A stretch of DNA of 64,000 bases from assembly GCA_951406725.2 (NCBI GenBank), contig OX597825.1:7502001-7566000 (forward strand), given 5' to 3'. Source of the DNA: Octopus vulgaris (Eukaryota). Position numbers and translations under genes: made by a program. Numbering within the stretch: position 1 is the first letter of the stretch; the number at the start of each line of letters is the position of its first letter. Shown here one piece after another: positions 31,171 through 44,803 of the stretch. The notes under the pieces are model-generated. The model saw only the letters and a program-made list of their open reading frames with translations, was not told where the DNA came from and did no database searches.

Positions 31171-31776
31171 CAGTGCTTCTCAAATTATCTGATGTGGCGT
31201 ACCAGCAGTTTTTTTCCCCCAATATGCCAGCGACCGGTAATATTTCTTAGTAATATTAATTTATACCGGAAACAATATATATAATAATTAAATCTCAGAA
31301 TGAGATTGAAACAGTAATCGCTCGATAATGTAAAGTATAGAAGCCATCTTATCATGGCTAACCACATTGGGGAGGGGGTGTTACTGTAGCTTTATAGCCC
31401 CAAGAGAGCTTCGTCTCAAGCTGGCTTTAGACACAATATCTGTGTCCAAGGACACAGATATTGTCCAAGGACTCAGATATTGTGTCTAAAGCCAGCTTGA
31501 GACGAAGATCTCTTGGGGCTATAAAGCTACAGTAACACCCCCTCCCCAATGTGGTTAGCCATGATAAGATGGCTTCTATACTTTACAATATATATAATGA
31601 ATATACTAAAAGATGACAATTTAGTTCTTATCTTATATTTATTTTGTAAACAAATAATGCAATATTACATAAACATTTTATAAGCATTTTATAATGTTTC
31701 TTTCTTTTCTGGAACTCGGCAGCTGATGGCTCGCGGGAAGGTGCCGGTCCGCGGACCACCACTTTGAGTAGCACTG
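31171..31776. mobile_element. hAT/Charlie-type MITE containing an internal foldback
   Basis: TIRs CAGTGCTTCTCAAA and TTTGAGTAGCACTG (1 mismatch). No clear TSD. Confidence 0.65.
31329..31587. repeat. Near-perfect inverted repeat, ~119 bp arms, ~21 bp spacer
   Basis: TGTAAAGTATAGAAGCCATC...CAATATCTGTGTCC pairs with GGACTCAGATATTG...GATGGCTTCTATACTTTACA. Confidence 0.97.
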
Positions 31777-32114
31777 GGTTATTGTATAATAGACATATAT
31801 CATGTATAATTATATCTCACAGCAAGTGAATGGGATGTGAGTTATTTGAGTAATTATCTAAAGTTTTCCAAGTATACAAGGAAAAGGTCCAGGTTTGTTT
31901 ATATGATTAGGTCTAATCCCGAGGAACCCAACTCAATATAATTTCTTAGCATCCTGTATGAAGCAGGGTCGCTTGGAATTCAAATCCCTGAATACTTACA
32001 CATCTATTCAGATCAGAGTCCATCAAAAGACGTCTACATACTTCAAAGAAAAAAAGAGAAAGACGCGTAGAAAGACTTCAATACTAAATCTATTTATTTA
32101 CACATCACGGGATT

Positions 32115-32345
32115 AATACAAGTTGTTCCCAAAGTGGTGGTCATTAGCTTCGAGATACTAATTAGTACGGCGAACTGCTGCTTTGGCAACGTTGGCCGAC
32201 ACGTCTAGAATAGCTGCACAAGCTGTTACAGTTTCTGCCCCGAGGGCCGGCAGTGTAGCCGGTTTTCTGCAATACACGTCATCGTTTAGAGCGCCACATA
32301 AGTGAAAGTCTGCAGGTTTTAAATCAGAAGAACGTGCATTTTTCC
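32115..32345 (-). mobile_element. Tc1/mariner-superfamily transposase C-terminal remnant
   Basis: The minus strand reads ARSSDLKPADFHLCGALNDDVYCRKPATL...AAVRRTN*YLEANDHHF, which matches the WPxRSPDLxPxDFxLWG...GxHFE signature. An inverted 70 bp copy lies at 32757-32828. Confidence 0.7.
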
Positions 32346-32411
32346 ATTGCTAACGATTCTGATTGCTCACCACCTCATGATATAATATAATACAAAGTAA
32401 TACACACACAC

Positions 32412-32463
<52 letters not shown>

Positions 32464-32464
<1 letters not shown>

Positions 32465-32657
32465 AGTTAATCCAAACAAGAAAGCACAAAAAAAGCACAA
32501 CAACGCGAGGACGTGGAACAAATATAGTATTATTGGACGCTCAGGAAAGAAGGAAAGAAGGAGGGTTTAACGTTTCGAGCGGAGCTCTTCGTCGGAAACA
32601 GGAGAAGGAAAGATCCAGAGAAGGGAAGACAGAGGAAAAAGAATCGCCAACGGTACA
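32464..32657 (-). mobile_element. Short HHR-bearing repeat family P1 (Penelope pLTR-like remnant)
   Basis: Same family as 46655-47100 (CACAACAACGCGAG.ACGTGGAACAA.TATAGT.TTATTGGACGCTCAGGAA). It is bounded by (TA)n and contains a hammerhead-like core. Confidence 0.6.
32565..32599 (-). ncRNA. Minimal type-I hammerhead-like motif, core variant CCGACGA
   Basis: Minus strand: GTTT-CCGACGA-A-GAGC-TCC-GCTC-GAAAC-GTT-AAAC. Stem I is GTTT/AAAC, stem II is GAGC/GCTC, and palindromic AACGTT stands in place of stem III. Confidence 0.6.
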
Positions 32658-32709
32658 TCCGCATATATATATATATACTTTACACACACACACATATATA
32701 TACATATAC

Positions 32710-32740
<31 letters not shown>

Positions 32741-32824
32741 CATATGAAAAAAATGAAAAAAATGCACGTTTTCCTGATTTAAAACCTGCAGACTTTTCCT
32801 TATGTGACACTCTAAACGATGACG

Positions 32825-32875
<51 letters not shown>

Positions 32876-33479
32876 GTGTGTGTGTGTGTGTGCTTCGATG
32901 TTTCTGGTGCAGATGTAAAGGTAAGTTATCTAAGCAAACTAGGTTCTTGCCATCAGCAGACGTGAAGTCGGAAGTAATAGGGAGAAAGAAAGGGGTTTAC
33001 TGATTTCATTGTTTCAACATAGCTTGCTGTTGTCACACATTTGAATTCGAATTTCTCAAAATCATTTCAAACATCAGAAAAACTGGAATAATTGTGATTT
33101 CTATGTAAATCTTTACACTGAAATGTGCTCCTCCAACTTCCCAACTTAAGAGAAATTACAATTCAGAAAGGAGCAATTTACAATCGTAATAGGAATGAAT
33201 ACTCGGCACATAGAAAGAAAAAGATTTTTTCGGAAAATTCCTAGAAGAACCGAAAGAAGAGAGAAAATAATTCAATTTTAGAGTGGGAATATATAAAATT
33301 GCTTATTTAATGACAATTGAAAGAATAGAGCGATGTGTAAATAAATATATACATATTCTATCTATTTTTATCAAGATATGGATCTAGGTTTGTAGCATAG
33401 ATGTGCAGCAAAATTATTCATAAATGCAAGGACGTTGGCAGTACGGGAAAGTTGGGGGCGGAAAAGAGAGAAAGGAAGG

Positions 33480-33534
<55 letters not shown>

Positions 33535-33664
33535 GGACAGAGAGACAGAGAAACACTTATTTTTTACGTATCATTACGTTTAAGTTTATATATTATATGG
33601 AATATAAATAATCTATGTTGTATGCACACATACACATTTTATGTGCATACATATAATATATACA

Positions 33665-33758
33665 TTATATAAATATATATATATGCATATATACATATAT
33701 ATATGCATATATACATATATATATATGCATATATACATATATATATATGCATATATAC

Positions 33759-33809
<51 letters not shown>

Positions 33810-33941
33810 TAGGTATGCATATATGCATATATACGTATATATGTATGCATATATGCATATATACATATATATATATATATATATATGCATATATGCATAT
33901 ATACATATATATATGTATATATGTATATATATATACATATC

Positions 33942-33997
<56 letters not shown>

Positions 33998-34040
33998 TAT
34001 ATACATATATATATATATACATATATATGTATATGTATGC
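33665..34040. repeat. (TA)n with TATGCA/TATACA interruptions
   Basis: Direct reading of the sequence. Confidence 0.93.
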
Positions 34041-34620
34041 AAGTGTGCGTTTGTGTGTGTGTATATGCTTGTGTTTGTACCGAAACACGTGTCCTGGTTA
34101 TCTCAGAATTTATCGATTGCGGTGATTCTCGCGAACGAAATTGTTACCAAACATCTTCGTAACATCTGCCGAAAGAATCAATCGTACTTACTTCTTTAAC
34201 CAGAAAACGTAGATAGTCGCATAGTGTTTTATAAGGCCATAGATATCTGATGACGTAGAACGGGATATACATTATACACACATTACTTGATTCAAATAGA
34301 TTCGTCTTACGAAACACCGATTTGGATATACTCCATTTTGTCTTCTTTATTCTTTACGCGTCTAGTCTCACTCCTCGGAAATCATTATTATCACCAAACA
34401 GCGATGATTTTGACAAAATTGTCAGAGTGTGTCGACAAAATATCTAGCTGTATTAAGTTACGGTTCTTTAGATGCTGGCTTCCTCTCTTTTGGAGTCGAT
34501 AAAATAAAATATATTATAGTACCAGGGTTGATTTAGACACGCCCACCAAAAGATGTTAATTTCTGTTCAAATTTGAATGTATTATTATTATTATTATTAG
34601 TAGCAGTAGTAGTACTATTG

Positions 34621-35060
34621 GGGCAGCGAGCTGGCAGAATCGTTAAGCCCGCCGGGCAAAATTCTTATCGGTATTTCTTCTGCCGCTACGTTCTGAGTTC
34701 AAATTCTGCTGAGGTCGACTTTACCTTTCATCCTTTCGGGGTCCATTCGGTAAGTACTAGTTGAGTACTGGGGTCGATGTAATCGACTAGTCCTCAACCC
34801 CAAATGTTAGGCCTTGTGCCTTTAGAAGAAAGTATTATTATTATTAGGGCGGCGAGCTGGCGGAATCGTTAACACGCTGGACGAAATGCATAGGGTTATT
34901 TCGCCTGTCGCTACGTTCTAAGTTCAAATCCAGCCGAGGTCGACTTTACCCTTCATCTTTTTGGGGTCGATAAAATAGGTACCAGTTGCACACTGGGGTA
35001 GATGTCATCGATTCATTCCCTCCTCCAAAATTTGCTGCCCTTGTGACAACATTTGAAACC
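34621..35060 (+). mobile_element. Two adjacent SINE family A copies (34621-34831 and 34847-35060)
   Basis: Two complete GG(C/G)C(A/G)GCGAGCTGGC heads with central domains, separated and flanked by (TAT)n. Confidence 0.85.
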
Positions 35061-35496
35061 ACTATAATAATAATAATAATAATAATAATAATTATTATTA
35101 TTGGTGTTGTTGCTGTTTATCGCCAAGACTATTCGTATTGCGAACATTCTCTGAGGTATTGACTTGTTTTCATTATCATAAGTCTAATTTTTTTTCTTGT
35201 GTCCTGTTTTGAGCTGGCCATAAAAGTCTGAGAAAAATTTATTCTTATCTGCCCTGAGGGGCGAAATATCAAAAAAAAAACAAACTAATTCTTTTTGATA
35301 TATTTATTTAAAATTTAATGTGGTGGTAGTTTCTTCGCCAAACCGAGAGGAGAAGATGGTGGGTAACAGTTTAGGTGAGATTGTCTTTCGCCGTCAAGGC
35401 TCCCCACCACCTTGGCTGATCTATCAAGGATGGAAGTAGGTAGTAGCATCAGAATCACCAGCAGCAACAACAACAACATCACCTCCACCAACAACG

Positions 35497-36478
35497 ACAA
35501 GGATTTTTCTTAAGATTCTTGCAGAATATAGGACGGTACTTTCCTGCAGGTTGACAATGCGACTCTGTATTACAATGTCTTTCATTCTTTTAGGTAGCAT
35601 TTTGGGTATTGTGCCAAAGACGCCTATTACTACATGAATAATTTTTGTCTGGGTTTTCTACAGTCTCCTCAGCTCTCTGGCTACATCTGGATATTTCTCA
35701 ATTATTTTTCCATTTTTTGGAATCGACTCTACTATCATAAGGAAACGCTAGATCTATGATTTTGCACTGTTTTTTTTTTTTAGTCTCCCATAATCATGTC
35801 TAGTCTTCTTGTCTGAATAGTATGGTTGGTCTTTATGGCAAAGTGCCACAAGATCTTGTAATTCACATTTTCTATCACAGTCAATGGTTGGCTTTCATAC
35901 CACTTTTCCGTTGTTTTGAAGCTGCATGCTCAGCTAACATTCCAATGTACTCTTTTACGTATGTCCTTGTCTGCGATGGTACTCCTTTTGTGCTAGTATA
36001 CTGCACTCTCTTAAAATATGGCTGATGCTCTCGTCTACTTTCCTACCGATTCTACATTTGTTTTCTGACTGATTTTCGTCGATCTTTGCCTTATTCAGAT
36101 TCGTTAGCGGCTGTAACTAACGTTTCTGTTTCTCGTTTCAAGTTCCCGTCCGTTAACTAAAGGCAGCAGACTTCACTTTTAAGATTTTCGATTTGTCACG
36201 CGAGTTGGCCATTCAGTTCAATTTCTCTCCATTTGTTCATTCTATTGTTCTTCCTTTTCTCTTTGAATTCTTCTACTCTTTCACTCACTTTTTCAGTATC
36301 TCTGGCTAGTGAAGTAGAGATTGAATGATGTCGTGTGGTAATTTTATGCCATCAGGCTTTATATCCCGGCCTCTCTTCATAGATAGTACTGTACACTTAT
36401 CTACTCCAAACGGCATCCTAGTGTCTTTACTGAATATTCTCAGTGTCTGGATTAGAAAATTCAGGTCTGTCTAGGTTT
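35497..36478 (-). mobile_element. R4/Dong-type LINE remnant, second family (RT end, zinc knuckle, restriction-like endonuclease)
   Basis: Minus strand reads DLNFLIQTLRIFSKDTRMPFGVDKC, KCRIGRKVDESISHILRECSILAQKEYHRR, CKIIDLAFPYDSRV and VIGVFGTIPK...LQESTVLYSARILRKIL. It has internal deletions. Confidence 0.82.
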
Positions 36479-36893
36479 CACTTGAAAAGGGAATTAAGAG
36501 TAGAGAGAGAAATGCCGTTCTCTGGTGAGTTTATTGAAAGGTATGTAAAAGTTACGAAAATAGCAAGGGTGGAATGGTACCTCTCTAAGTGTAGACCTGT
36601 GAGTCGGAGAGAAGGAATTGGAGAGGGTACTTGCCCATAGGGTTTCAGGGAAGTCTCGGACAGTAGGGTTCCTCGATTATCTCTTAAGGCGTTCCTGTAT
36701 CAGGAGGGCCATGTCTCTATCATCCCCCACCCCACTTTCTTTCCTTTCTATGCTATGCTTATGTCTCTTCTTTCCCAGTGTATACCGTGTATACTTTTCC
36801 TTTTTATATATCCTTTTATGTAAACCTAAACACCTTATGTCTGTCTCTGTATTGCCCCCCCTCATCCTTCGCCCTTCTGGCAAATAAATGAAT
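36470..36893 (+). mobile_element. Probable L1/Tx1-like LINE 3' end
   Basis: ORF end FHLKRELRVERE...FIERYVKV, then a pyrimidine-rich 3' UTR, AATAAA and a (TTA)n tail. The clade assignment is tentative. Confidence 0.45.
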
Positions 36894-36914
36894 TTATTAT
36901 TATTATCATCATCA

Positions 36915-36985
<71 letters not shown>

Positions 36986-36988
<3 letters not shown>

Positions 36989-37227
36989 TAGTTTTATTTT
37001 TATAGCGTGCTCTCACTTCACTACCGAGCGCAGCTCTGTGTGCCTTGGGTATGTGCTGTGATTTGTTGTGGTGCTTTGATGGTTATTGTATGGAAAGTGT
37101 TTTGCGTAGGATGTGTGCAGTGCCCAGTAGTGCTATTTTCTCTATGTTATATGTGTTTGTAAGTCCTGGTGTTTTTGTTATGTATTTGTCTGAATATTTT
37201 TTATCATGCCTAATGCACCTATTATGA
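36986..37227 (-). mobile_element. 5'-truncated R4/Dong-type LINE 3' end in (TAA)n (same family as 9729-10032)
   Basis: Reverse complement near-identical to 9780-10032 (IIGALGMIK...KIALLGTAHILRKTLSIQ* plus 3' UTR), with (TAA)n on both sides. Confidence 0.82.
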
Positions 37228-37279
<52 letters not shown>

Positions 37280-38970
37280 GCTATTGTTTCTGCTGCTGTT
37301 GTTTTTGTCGTTGCAGTTGTTGTTGTTGTCGTGGTCGACATCGTTGTTGTTATTCATTGCTCTCAATGAGCATGGTGTAGACAATGTGTAAGCTTTTGGT
37401 TTTGCTTTCCTTTCTGGAAGCTTCTATTTGCTAGTTTTATTGTTAAATCTTGTTAAGTCGACCAGAAATGTAAGAAACTGGTTAACTCCCCTCTGTTACA
37501 CACACACACACCACGGGTCACAACATTGCAAAAAGTCAACTTGTTCAAATCAGAACTAAATATATTTCCAAACAGGTTTCCACGCCATCGTCTTTGACAG
37601 ACGACCAGCGAGAGAGAAAAATGGCGGTGGTGGTGGAGTTGAAGGTGAACCTGTCGCTCGCAGTCAAAACATTTCACTACGCCGTAGCAATGACAAGTTC
37701 GAACAGCAACAATATCATTAACAACAACGTAGACACACACATACACAAACACAATTCGTTTGTGCTTGGTTGATTCTTTATATATCTGTATGTGTATGTT
37801 TTGTATATGTTTGCTTACGTGTATGACATCAATGTTAGTCTGCTTATATGAGAATGTGTGTCTGTGTATCCTGTTGTATCTATTATACTTACACATAAAA
37901 CAGAATCTTATTCATCTCAACTCCAAATATGTAATATTGTGCGTATCAAACTTGTCTTCAGTCTTCGTAATTCCATAGAATATGCCTAACAATAATAGTC
38001 AAAGACTTGGAGGGAAAAGAAGCACATGATTGTCAAATGAAGAATCTAACAGAAATGATTTAAACAACCAATATTCAGTTAATTTAATTAACTTAAATTA
38101 ATTTTCTTAAAGGGAAATAACCCAATTCTCTTAATTTGTTTTAACTATCACGTGACCCATCTATATTTTAGTGACAATAATAATTCAGACGAAAATTGAA
38201 ACCGGAATTATTCAATGAAAACTTCTAGATATTTACAAGTGTATGCTCCTACTAACAAGCGATACATGAATTTGAAGGCGATTCATATTAACAAATATAT
38301 TCTGTTTTATATAACATCAGATTCCTTTAGTGAGCGAGATTTTACAAGTACTTAAACATGAAATACTGTGGAGCAGCTCCTTTCAAACTACACAACGTTT
38401 CAAGTACATCATACAATTGGTCTGAAAATAGAATAGGAAGATGGCAAAAAACACATGGAGCATGATTCTTCTTTCATTGTTAATTAGAACACTCATAAAT
38501 GGAAATAAATTTGATGAATTGAGGTAAAAAAAAAAATGAATTATTGAAAATTAATTTGTATTTAATGATAGAGAGATCTTTCAGAGGGTTCTTATGTTTA
38601 GAGATGGTTTCAGTTCCTCACAACGTGTTGTTACCATTTTTAAATCCATTAGTTTTGCCGTGAGAAACAATAAAAGAATATAGAAAATAAAGGTGTAAAC
38701 GCCGAGTTTTGATGAGATCCTTCCTTCTTCAGTTTCGGGGGTTTTGTTCTCAACATGATTCCTCTAATTTGGTTTCGTTCTTTCATTTATGGTATTCTTC
38801 CTTCTTAGAATTTATCACGTGCAGCATACATAAACTGTATTATAGCTCATGTGTGTGTGTGCATCAGCGTTATATAGCTAAGAGTGTGTAAATGTCGGAA
38901 TACGTCTCTGAGGCAGGACGCACGTATCTATGTATGGATATGGAGTTTTGTGTGAGATCGCATGTGTATG

Positions 38971-39002
<32 letters not shown>

Positions 39003-39038
39003 TACGTACATACACGCACACACTCAGACACACACACA

Positions 39039-39088
<50 letters not shown>

Positions 39089-39751
39089 AACGTATACACA
39101 AAGTTATGTGTGTGTGAGTACATATGTAAATATATACATGGATGTTTATGCATGTATCTGCGTGTGATTATTTCTCTAATATTTTTCAATAAAATAAATC
39201 AATATTTCATTTAATGCTTAATTGTTCTTCATGTTTTTTAAAATCCACTTTTGTTTTTTGATTATTTGATTTCTTTCGAAAAAAAAAGTATGGTTTTATA
39301 TGTGACAACAAAATGTAATAATAGCCGCCGTTTTGATTGGCTGACTGGCTTGGCTTGGCTGTGTTGTTACTGCTTCGTATACCATCACTGAAGTTTAATT
39401 AGGTCTCATCTCTTATTTCACTCTTTACCACTTGGTCCACTTCAAAGTTAGATCAATACTACAAGGAACGTTTATTCGTATTTACTACACGCTTATGTAA
39501 TTGTGTACATGCAATACACACACACTTCATAGATAACTTCATAAGGGCAAAAGAAAACATTCCTATGCCAAATATGCTGAGAATAGACATTAAATCGTCA
39601 ATAACCACATAATTCATCACTATAAGCATGCGTCTGGAAGCAAGCTGACAGAAATTTCTAAAAATTTGTTTATAATTTTCACCTTAAAAGGTATTTCTTA
39701 ATATGCTGGCTACTGATAAAATTTTTCGAAAATTTTCGTTAGCCACTACAC

Positions 39752-39909
39752 ACATTTTTTTCTCTCCTTGTTTTTTTTCTGTGTATCTTTCTGTAGAAGA
39801 GCGTAGGCTCGAAACGTAAAACACTTTTTCTATTCCTGAGCGTTATACTAATACATCTGTTTGTTTTGTACACCACCTGTCTTCATCTTTTGTTTTTTTC
39901 GTAAACTCT

Positions 39910-39912
<3 letters not shown>
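39752..39912 (+). mobile_element. Short HHR-bearing repeat family P2 (Penelope pLTR-like remnant)
   Basis: Shares GAGCGTTA.ACTAATACATCTGTTTGTT...CACCTGTCTT with the minus-strand copy at 46362-46520 and ends at (TA)n. Confidence 0.6.
39787..39822 (+). ncRNA. Minimal type-I hammerhead-like motif, core variant CTGTAGA
   Basis: TTT-CTGTAGA-A-GAGC-GTAG-GCTC-GAAAC-GTA-AAA. Core A6 is replaced by T. Confidence 0.5.
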
Positions 39913-39943
<31 letters not shown>

Positions 39944-40797
39944 GCCCGTGTGTGGTGTGTGAGTTGGCAGTCACCAAATATTCACTTGAAATCGCCTCTT
40001 GGATTGTCTTACCATTGCGAACAGCAACAATTAACATTAAGTCATGAAAACGGGCAATTCTTTTCGAAGGAAATGGTGTTAACGGCTGTTATACGGTTGA
40101 TAGGTGAAATACAAAAGTTATTTGCGAATGGAAGCGGCTTTAAACCGAATCGAAAGTCATTTACCTGATGTGTTTGTGCTACACAACCCAGGTAGGTTGT
40201 TACCTGGTTAGAGTCCTCGGCACCTGCCAATAGTTACATTGGTTTGAAAGCAGAAGTTTGTTGTATGGAAGGATTGACAGGGGAAACGAAGAGGGAGCAG
40301 TGAAGGAAGGTAGAGATGACGATGATGATGATGATGTGTTGGTGACTACGATGATGATCACGATGATGAAGTTGAGGGTGGTAGTAGTGGTGTTGGAAGT
40401 GGTAAGGATGATGATGGTGATGGTGATAATAGTGATGACGATGATGATGATGATGATGACCATGATGATGATGATGTGAACAATTGTAATAACAGCCGTG
40501 GTTGTGGTAGCGGTAAGTGAATTTGGTGCGATGAAATTACAAAAGAACTGGAGACTGAAATTTGTTACGGAAAAGGTTGTAGCAGAATGTTCAAAAAAAT
40601 GTACGCGAGAGAAAGAGAGAGAAAAAGAGAGACAGAAAGAGAAAGAGACAGACAGACAGAGAGAAGATGTTTACCACAAATCACAGTCCCCCTCCACCCC
40701 GACCACCACTGCCACCCTCATCACCATTCTTCATTTTATCATGTTATCTGTGATCTTATTTTTAGGTTTTCTACCTCGACCCACATCTCGGCTGTGA

Positions 40798-40843
<46 letters not shown>

Positions 40844-41251
40844 TGTGTCTCTCTATCTCTGTGTCTCTCTCTCTCTGTCTTTCTCTGTCTCTCTCTGTCT
40901 CTCGCTCTAGCACTGTCTACATTCCATGAAACATCTACCTTTCTCTGCCTGTCAGTCTGTCTTTCTGTCTGTCCATCTGCCACTATCTTCCTTTTATCTT
41001 CCTCTCCCTCTCCCTCTCCTTCACTATTCTTTCTCCTCTGCCCCCTCTCTCGCGTTGTTGTGTACGTTATATGTGTGTGTGTGTGTCTATACATACATAC
41101 ATACATACATATACATATAACATATATACATACACACATGTATGTATATAAAAACACATCACTCATTTATATCCGTGTGTGTATATGTAATCGCATGCGT
41201 ACTTATATATACTTATATACTTAAATATATATATGTATAGGTATATGCGTG

Positions 41252-41283
<32 letters not shown>

Positions 41284-41310
41284 TACTCGTGTGTGTGTAT
41301 ATATATATAC

Positions 41311-41374
<64 letters not shown>

Positions 41375-41739
41375 GTATATGTGTGCATGTATGTACACGT
41401 ACAGATACATATCGTATGGGGTAGTTTTGAAAAGTGGACCATTTATCTGGTTGTCTGTATAACAAAGTATTCCTGTCTATTTACGCGTCTGTCTGTGAGT
41501 CTGGCTCTGTATATTCCGCTGTGTCTGCTGCTCTACATTTCAGATTTTTTGTTTCCCTGCTAACAAGATATCTTACCTTTTGGCTGCCTCTGTGTGTCTG
41601 CCTCTAAGTCGGTCTGCCTCTATTTCTGCCTGCCTTCCTTGCCTGTCTGTCTGTCACTATCTGTCTCTTAGTCTGAATGTCTGTCTGTCTGTCTATCTGC
41701 ATGTGTGTCTGGTTGTCAAGTATATATATATTTATACAA

Positions 41740-41900
41740 GTCGGTGAACTGCCAGAGTCGGGAGAGCATCGAATGGGTTGTTTTGTTGTTTTGCCGTGTT
41801 ATTCCCAGCCTAATGTGTTCTCAGTTCAAATTGCAATGACACCAACTAAGACTTCGATGACTTCGGAGGTCGACAGATAAAGTACAAGTGCTTGAGTCGA
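41740..41900 (+). mobile_element. Old degenerate SINE family A-like copy
   Basis: GGTGAACTGCCAGAGTCG...TTCTCAGTTCAAATTGC...GGTCGACAGATAAAGTACAAGT. Confidence 0.5.
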
Positions 41901-42306
41901 CGAACTGTCCTTGTCTGTTTCTGTCTGTTTGTCTCGGTTTCTGCCTGTCTCTCTTTTTCTTTCGATTGGTTTCAGCGAAAGGCCAAAGACAGGAGCATTC
42001 ATTCGGGACCACACCGTGATGTCCATAAGACAAAAACAAAAGCTGTATTTGTACCTGTCAATCATTTCATATCGATGAATATGATAAACATTATCCACCC
42101 ACCCATCCATCCATCTACCTACGTACCTGCATGTCTGTCTGTCTGCCTTTCTGTCTGTGTATCTAATCTAATCTATTTACGTGCCAACCTGTGTCTCCAT
42201 CCCTCTCTATATATAATTTATGTATGTATGTGTGCATATACGTATGTATGTATATGTATTTATGTATGCATGTATGTATATAAATATTGGTATTTGGTAT
42301 TTGGTG

Positions 42307-42345
<39 letters not shown>

Positions 42346-42949
42346 ATTTATGTATATATAGATATAGTATTGGTATTTGGTGTATATATATACAGAACTG
42401 GCATTTTATACACCCATATATATGTGTTTATATATATACATTAATGTATACAGACACATAGATACAGTAACACGTATACGTACACACACACACACACACC
42501 TATCCATACACCCAGTCTGTCTCTCTCCCTGCTTGTTGACCGAATTTCAAAGACATCCATCTGCGTACCTAGAACTTTTGTCCTCCATCACCGCCGCCGC
42601 CGACGCTGCCGCCATCATCATCATCATCACCACCATCATCATCAGCATCCTCATCATTAATATTCGTATCTATGCTGATATCGCTCTCCAGTAAACCCTT
42701 GCTTTTGCCGGATATTCTCATTTTCCCTTTCTCCCCAACATTTCTCCACGCGTCTGTCTGTCCGTCTCCTTCTTCTTCTTCTTCTTCTTCTTCTGTCTCT
42801 CGCCCTGTCTCTCTCTCTCTCTCGTCTCATAACTCATCTTCTTCAGACATTTCCACCCCAATCGCTGCCCGTCCCTCCCCCACATCACTCTTCATATTTC
42901 TGTTGTCTTTCTAAGTCTGACCAAATCTTTTAAGTAAAATAATAACATT

Positions 42950-42951
42950 TG

Positions 42952-42983
<32 letters not shown>

Positions 42984-43735
42984 CCACGACGACGACGACG
43001 ACGACAACGACGTCTGTGATGACGACAGTAATAAGAAGAACAAGATTATCATCGAGGATAACAACATCAGCGACAACAGTATCAACATCAACAAGAACTA
43101 AAAAGCAACAAGACCAGTAGATACGAAAACAAGAACAACACTCCGACCACCACCAACACCACCACCGCCATCATCATCATCGCCACCACCACTATAATCA
43201 TCATCATCATCATCATCGTCGTTATCATTACTACCACCACCACCACCACCACCATCATCATCATCACTACTATCATCATCACCATCATCATCATCGTCAT
43301 CATTACTACCACCATCACCATCATCACAACCATCATCATCACCATCATCATCATCACCATCATCATCATAGTCATCATCACTACCACAACCACCACCATC
43401 ACCACAACCATTCTCATCATCATCATCAACATCATCATCATCACCATCATCATCATCGTCATCATTACTACCACCATCACCATCATCACTACCACAACCA
43501 CCACCATCACCACAACCATTCTCATCACCATCATCATCATCACCACTATCATCATCATCACCATCGTCATCATTACTACCACCACCAACATCATCACAAC
43601 CATCATCATCACCATCATCATCATCACCATCATCATCATCATTACTACCACCACTACCAGTAAGAAAGAAAAACAACGATAACAACAACAACAACAACAC
43701 GATCATCATCAGCAACAACAACAACAACAACGTCA
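42950..43735. repeat. (CAA)/(CAT)/(CAC) compound trinucleotide array with higher-order duplications
   Basis: Recurrent blocks such as ATCATTACTACCACC and CACAACCATTCTCATC. It is the source of the D/G- and M/V-rich ORFs. Confidence 0.93.
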
Positions 43736-43981
43736 AAACATCAAACAGTAACAACGATTCCCTTTCCTCTCCCACTTAAAAATGAAACAAAAATAAAGTG
43801 TAAAGATTAGGAAAATTCTAGAAAAGAAGAGAAAATGAAAAAAAAAACAGAAAAGAAAAGAGAAGAAATAAATTTAGAAAGAAAACGGGAAAAATATGAA
43901 ATAGCAAAACCTTTGCATATGAAAACTCCGACGCATAGACACACACATATTATACACAGACACACAGATATACATACTAAT

Positions 43982-44044
<63 letters not shown>

Positions 44045-44318
44045 CAGACACACGTGTATATATATATATATATATACATATATCCACATACATACACACA
44101 GACATACATATTTATACATACACACAGAATACACACACACACATATATATACATATATATACATACACAGACCTACACAGACATATATACATATATATAT
44201 ATACATACAGACATACACAGAGACATATATACATATATATACATACATACATACACACAGACATATATACATATATATACATACATACAAACATACACAC
44301 AGACATCTATATGCATAT

Positions 44319-44349
<31 letters not shown>

Positions 44350-44729
44350 CATGTATAAATCCATACACACACATATATATATACATTCGTATACATACAC
44401 ACACAAATATGTATGTATATATATGTGTGTGTGTGTATAAATATACAGACTCATCTGTACGTCTGCACTAACACATGTACCTACACAACGTGAGAGGAGT
44501 AACAAAAGAAAAAAAAATAGCAAACGATTTCTAGAAACTAAACTCACATCCACACACACACACACTTCTATAAAAACACACGCATCCACAGAAACACACG
44601 CATACGCATACATACATTCCGACGCATGCGCACCTAAAACTAATAAAAACAATAGAATAAAAACTATTTGTTTCCGGTGTCCTATTGCACTGCAGTACAA
44701 TTCTTCGGTATGGCAATATCTCGTTGGTG

Positions 44730-44803
<74 letters not shown>

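Noticed and set aside
34240-34272. CTGATGA-CGT-AGA-ACG motif
   Set aside because: The GAAA box is absent (GGAT).
37590-37730. GC-richer stretch after TTGACAG that could be a small exon
   Set aside because: No recognisable peptide and no convincing donor site.
43088-43775. D/G-rich 225 aa ORF resembling an acidic biomineralisation protein
   Set aside because: It is a trinucleotide array open in multiple frames, with no splice or domain support.
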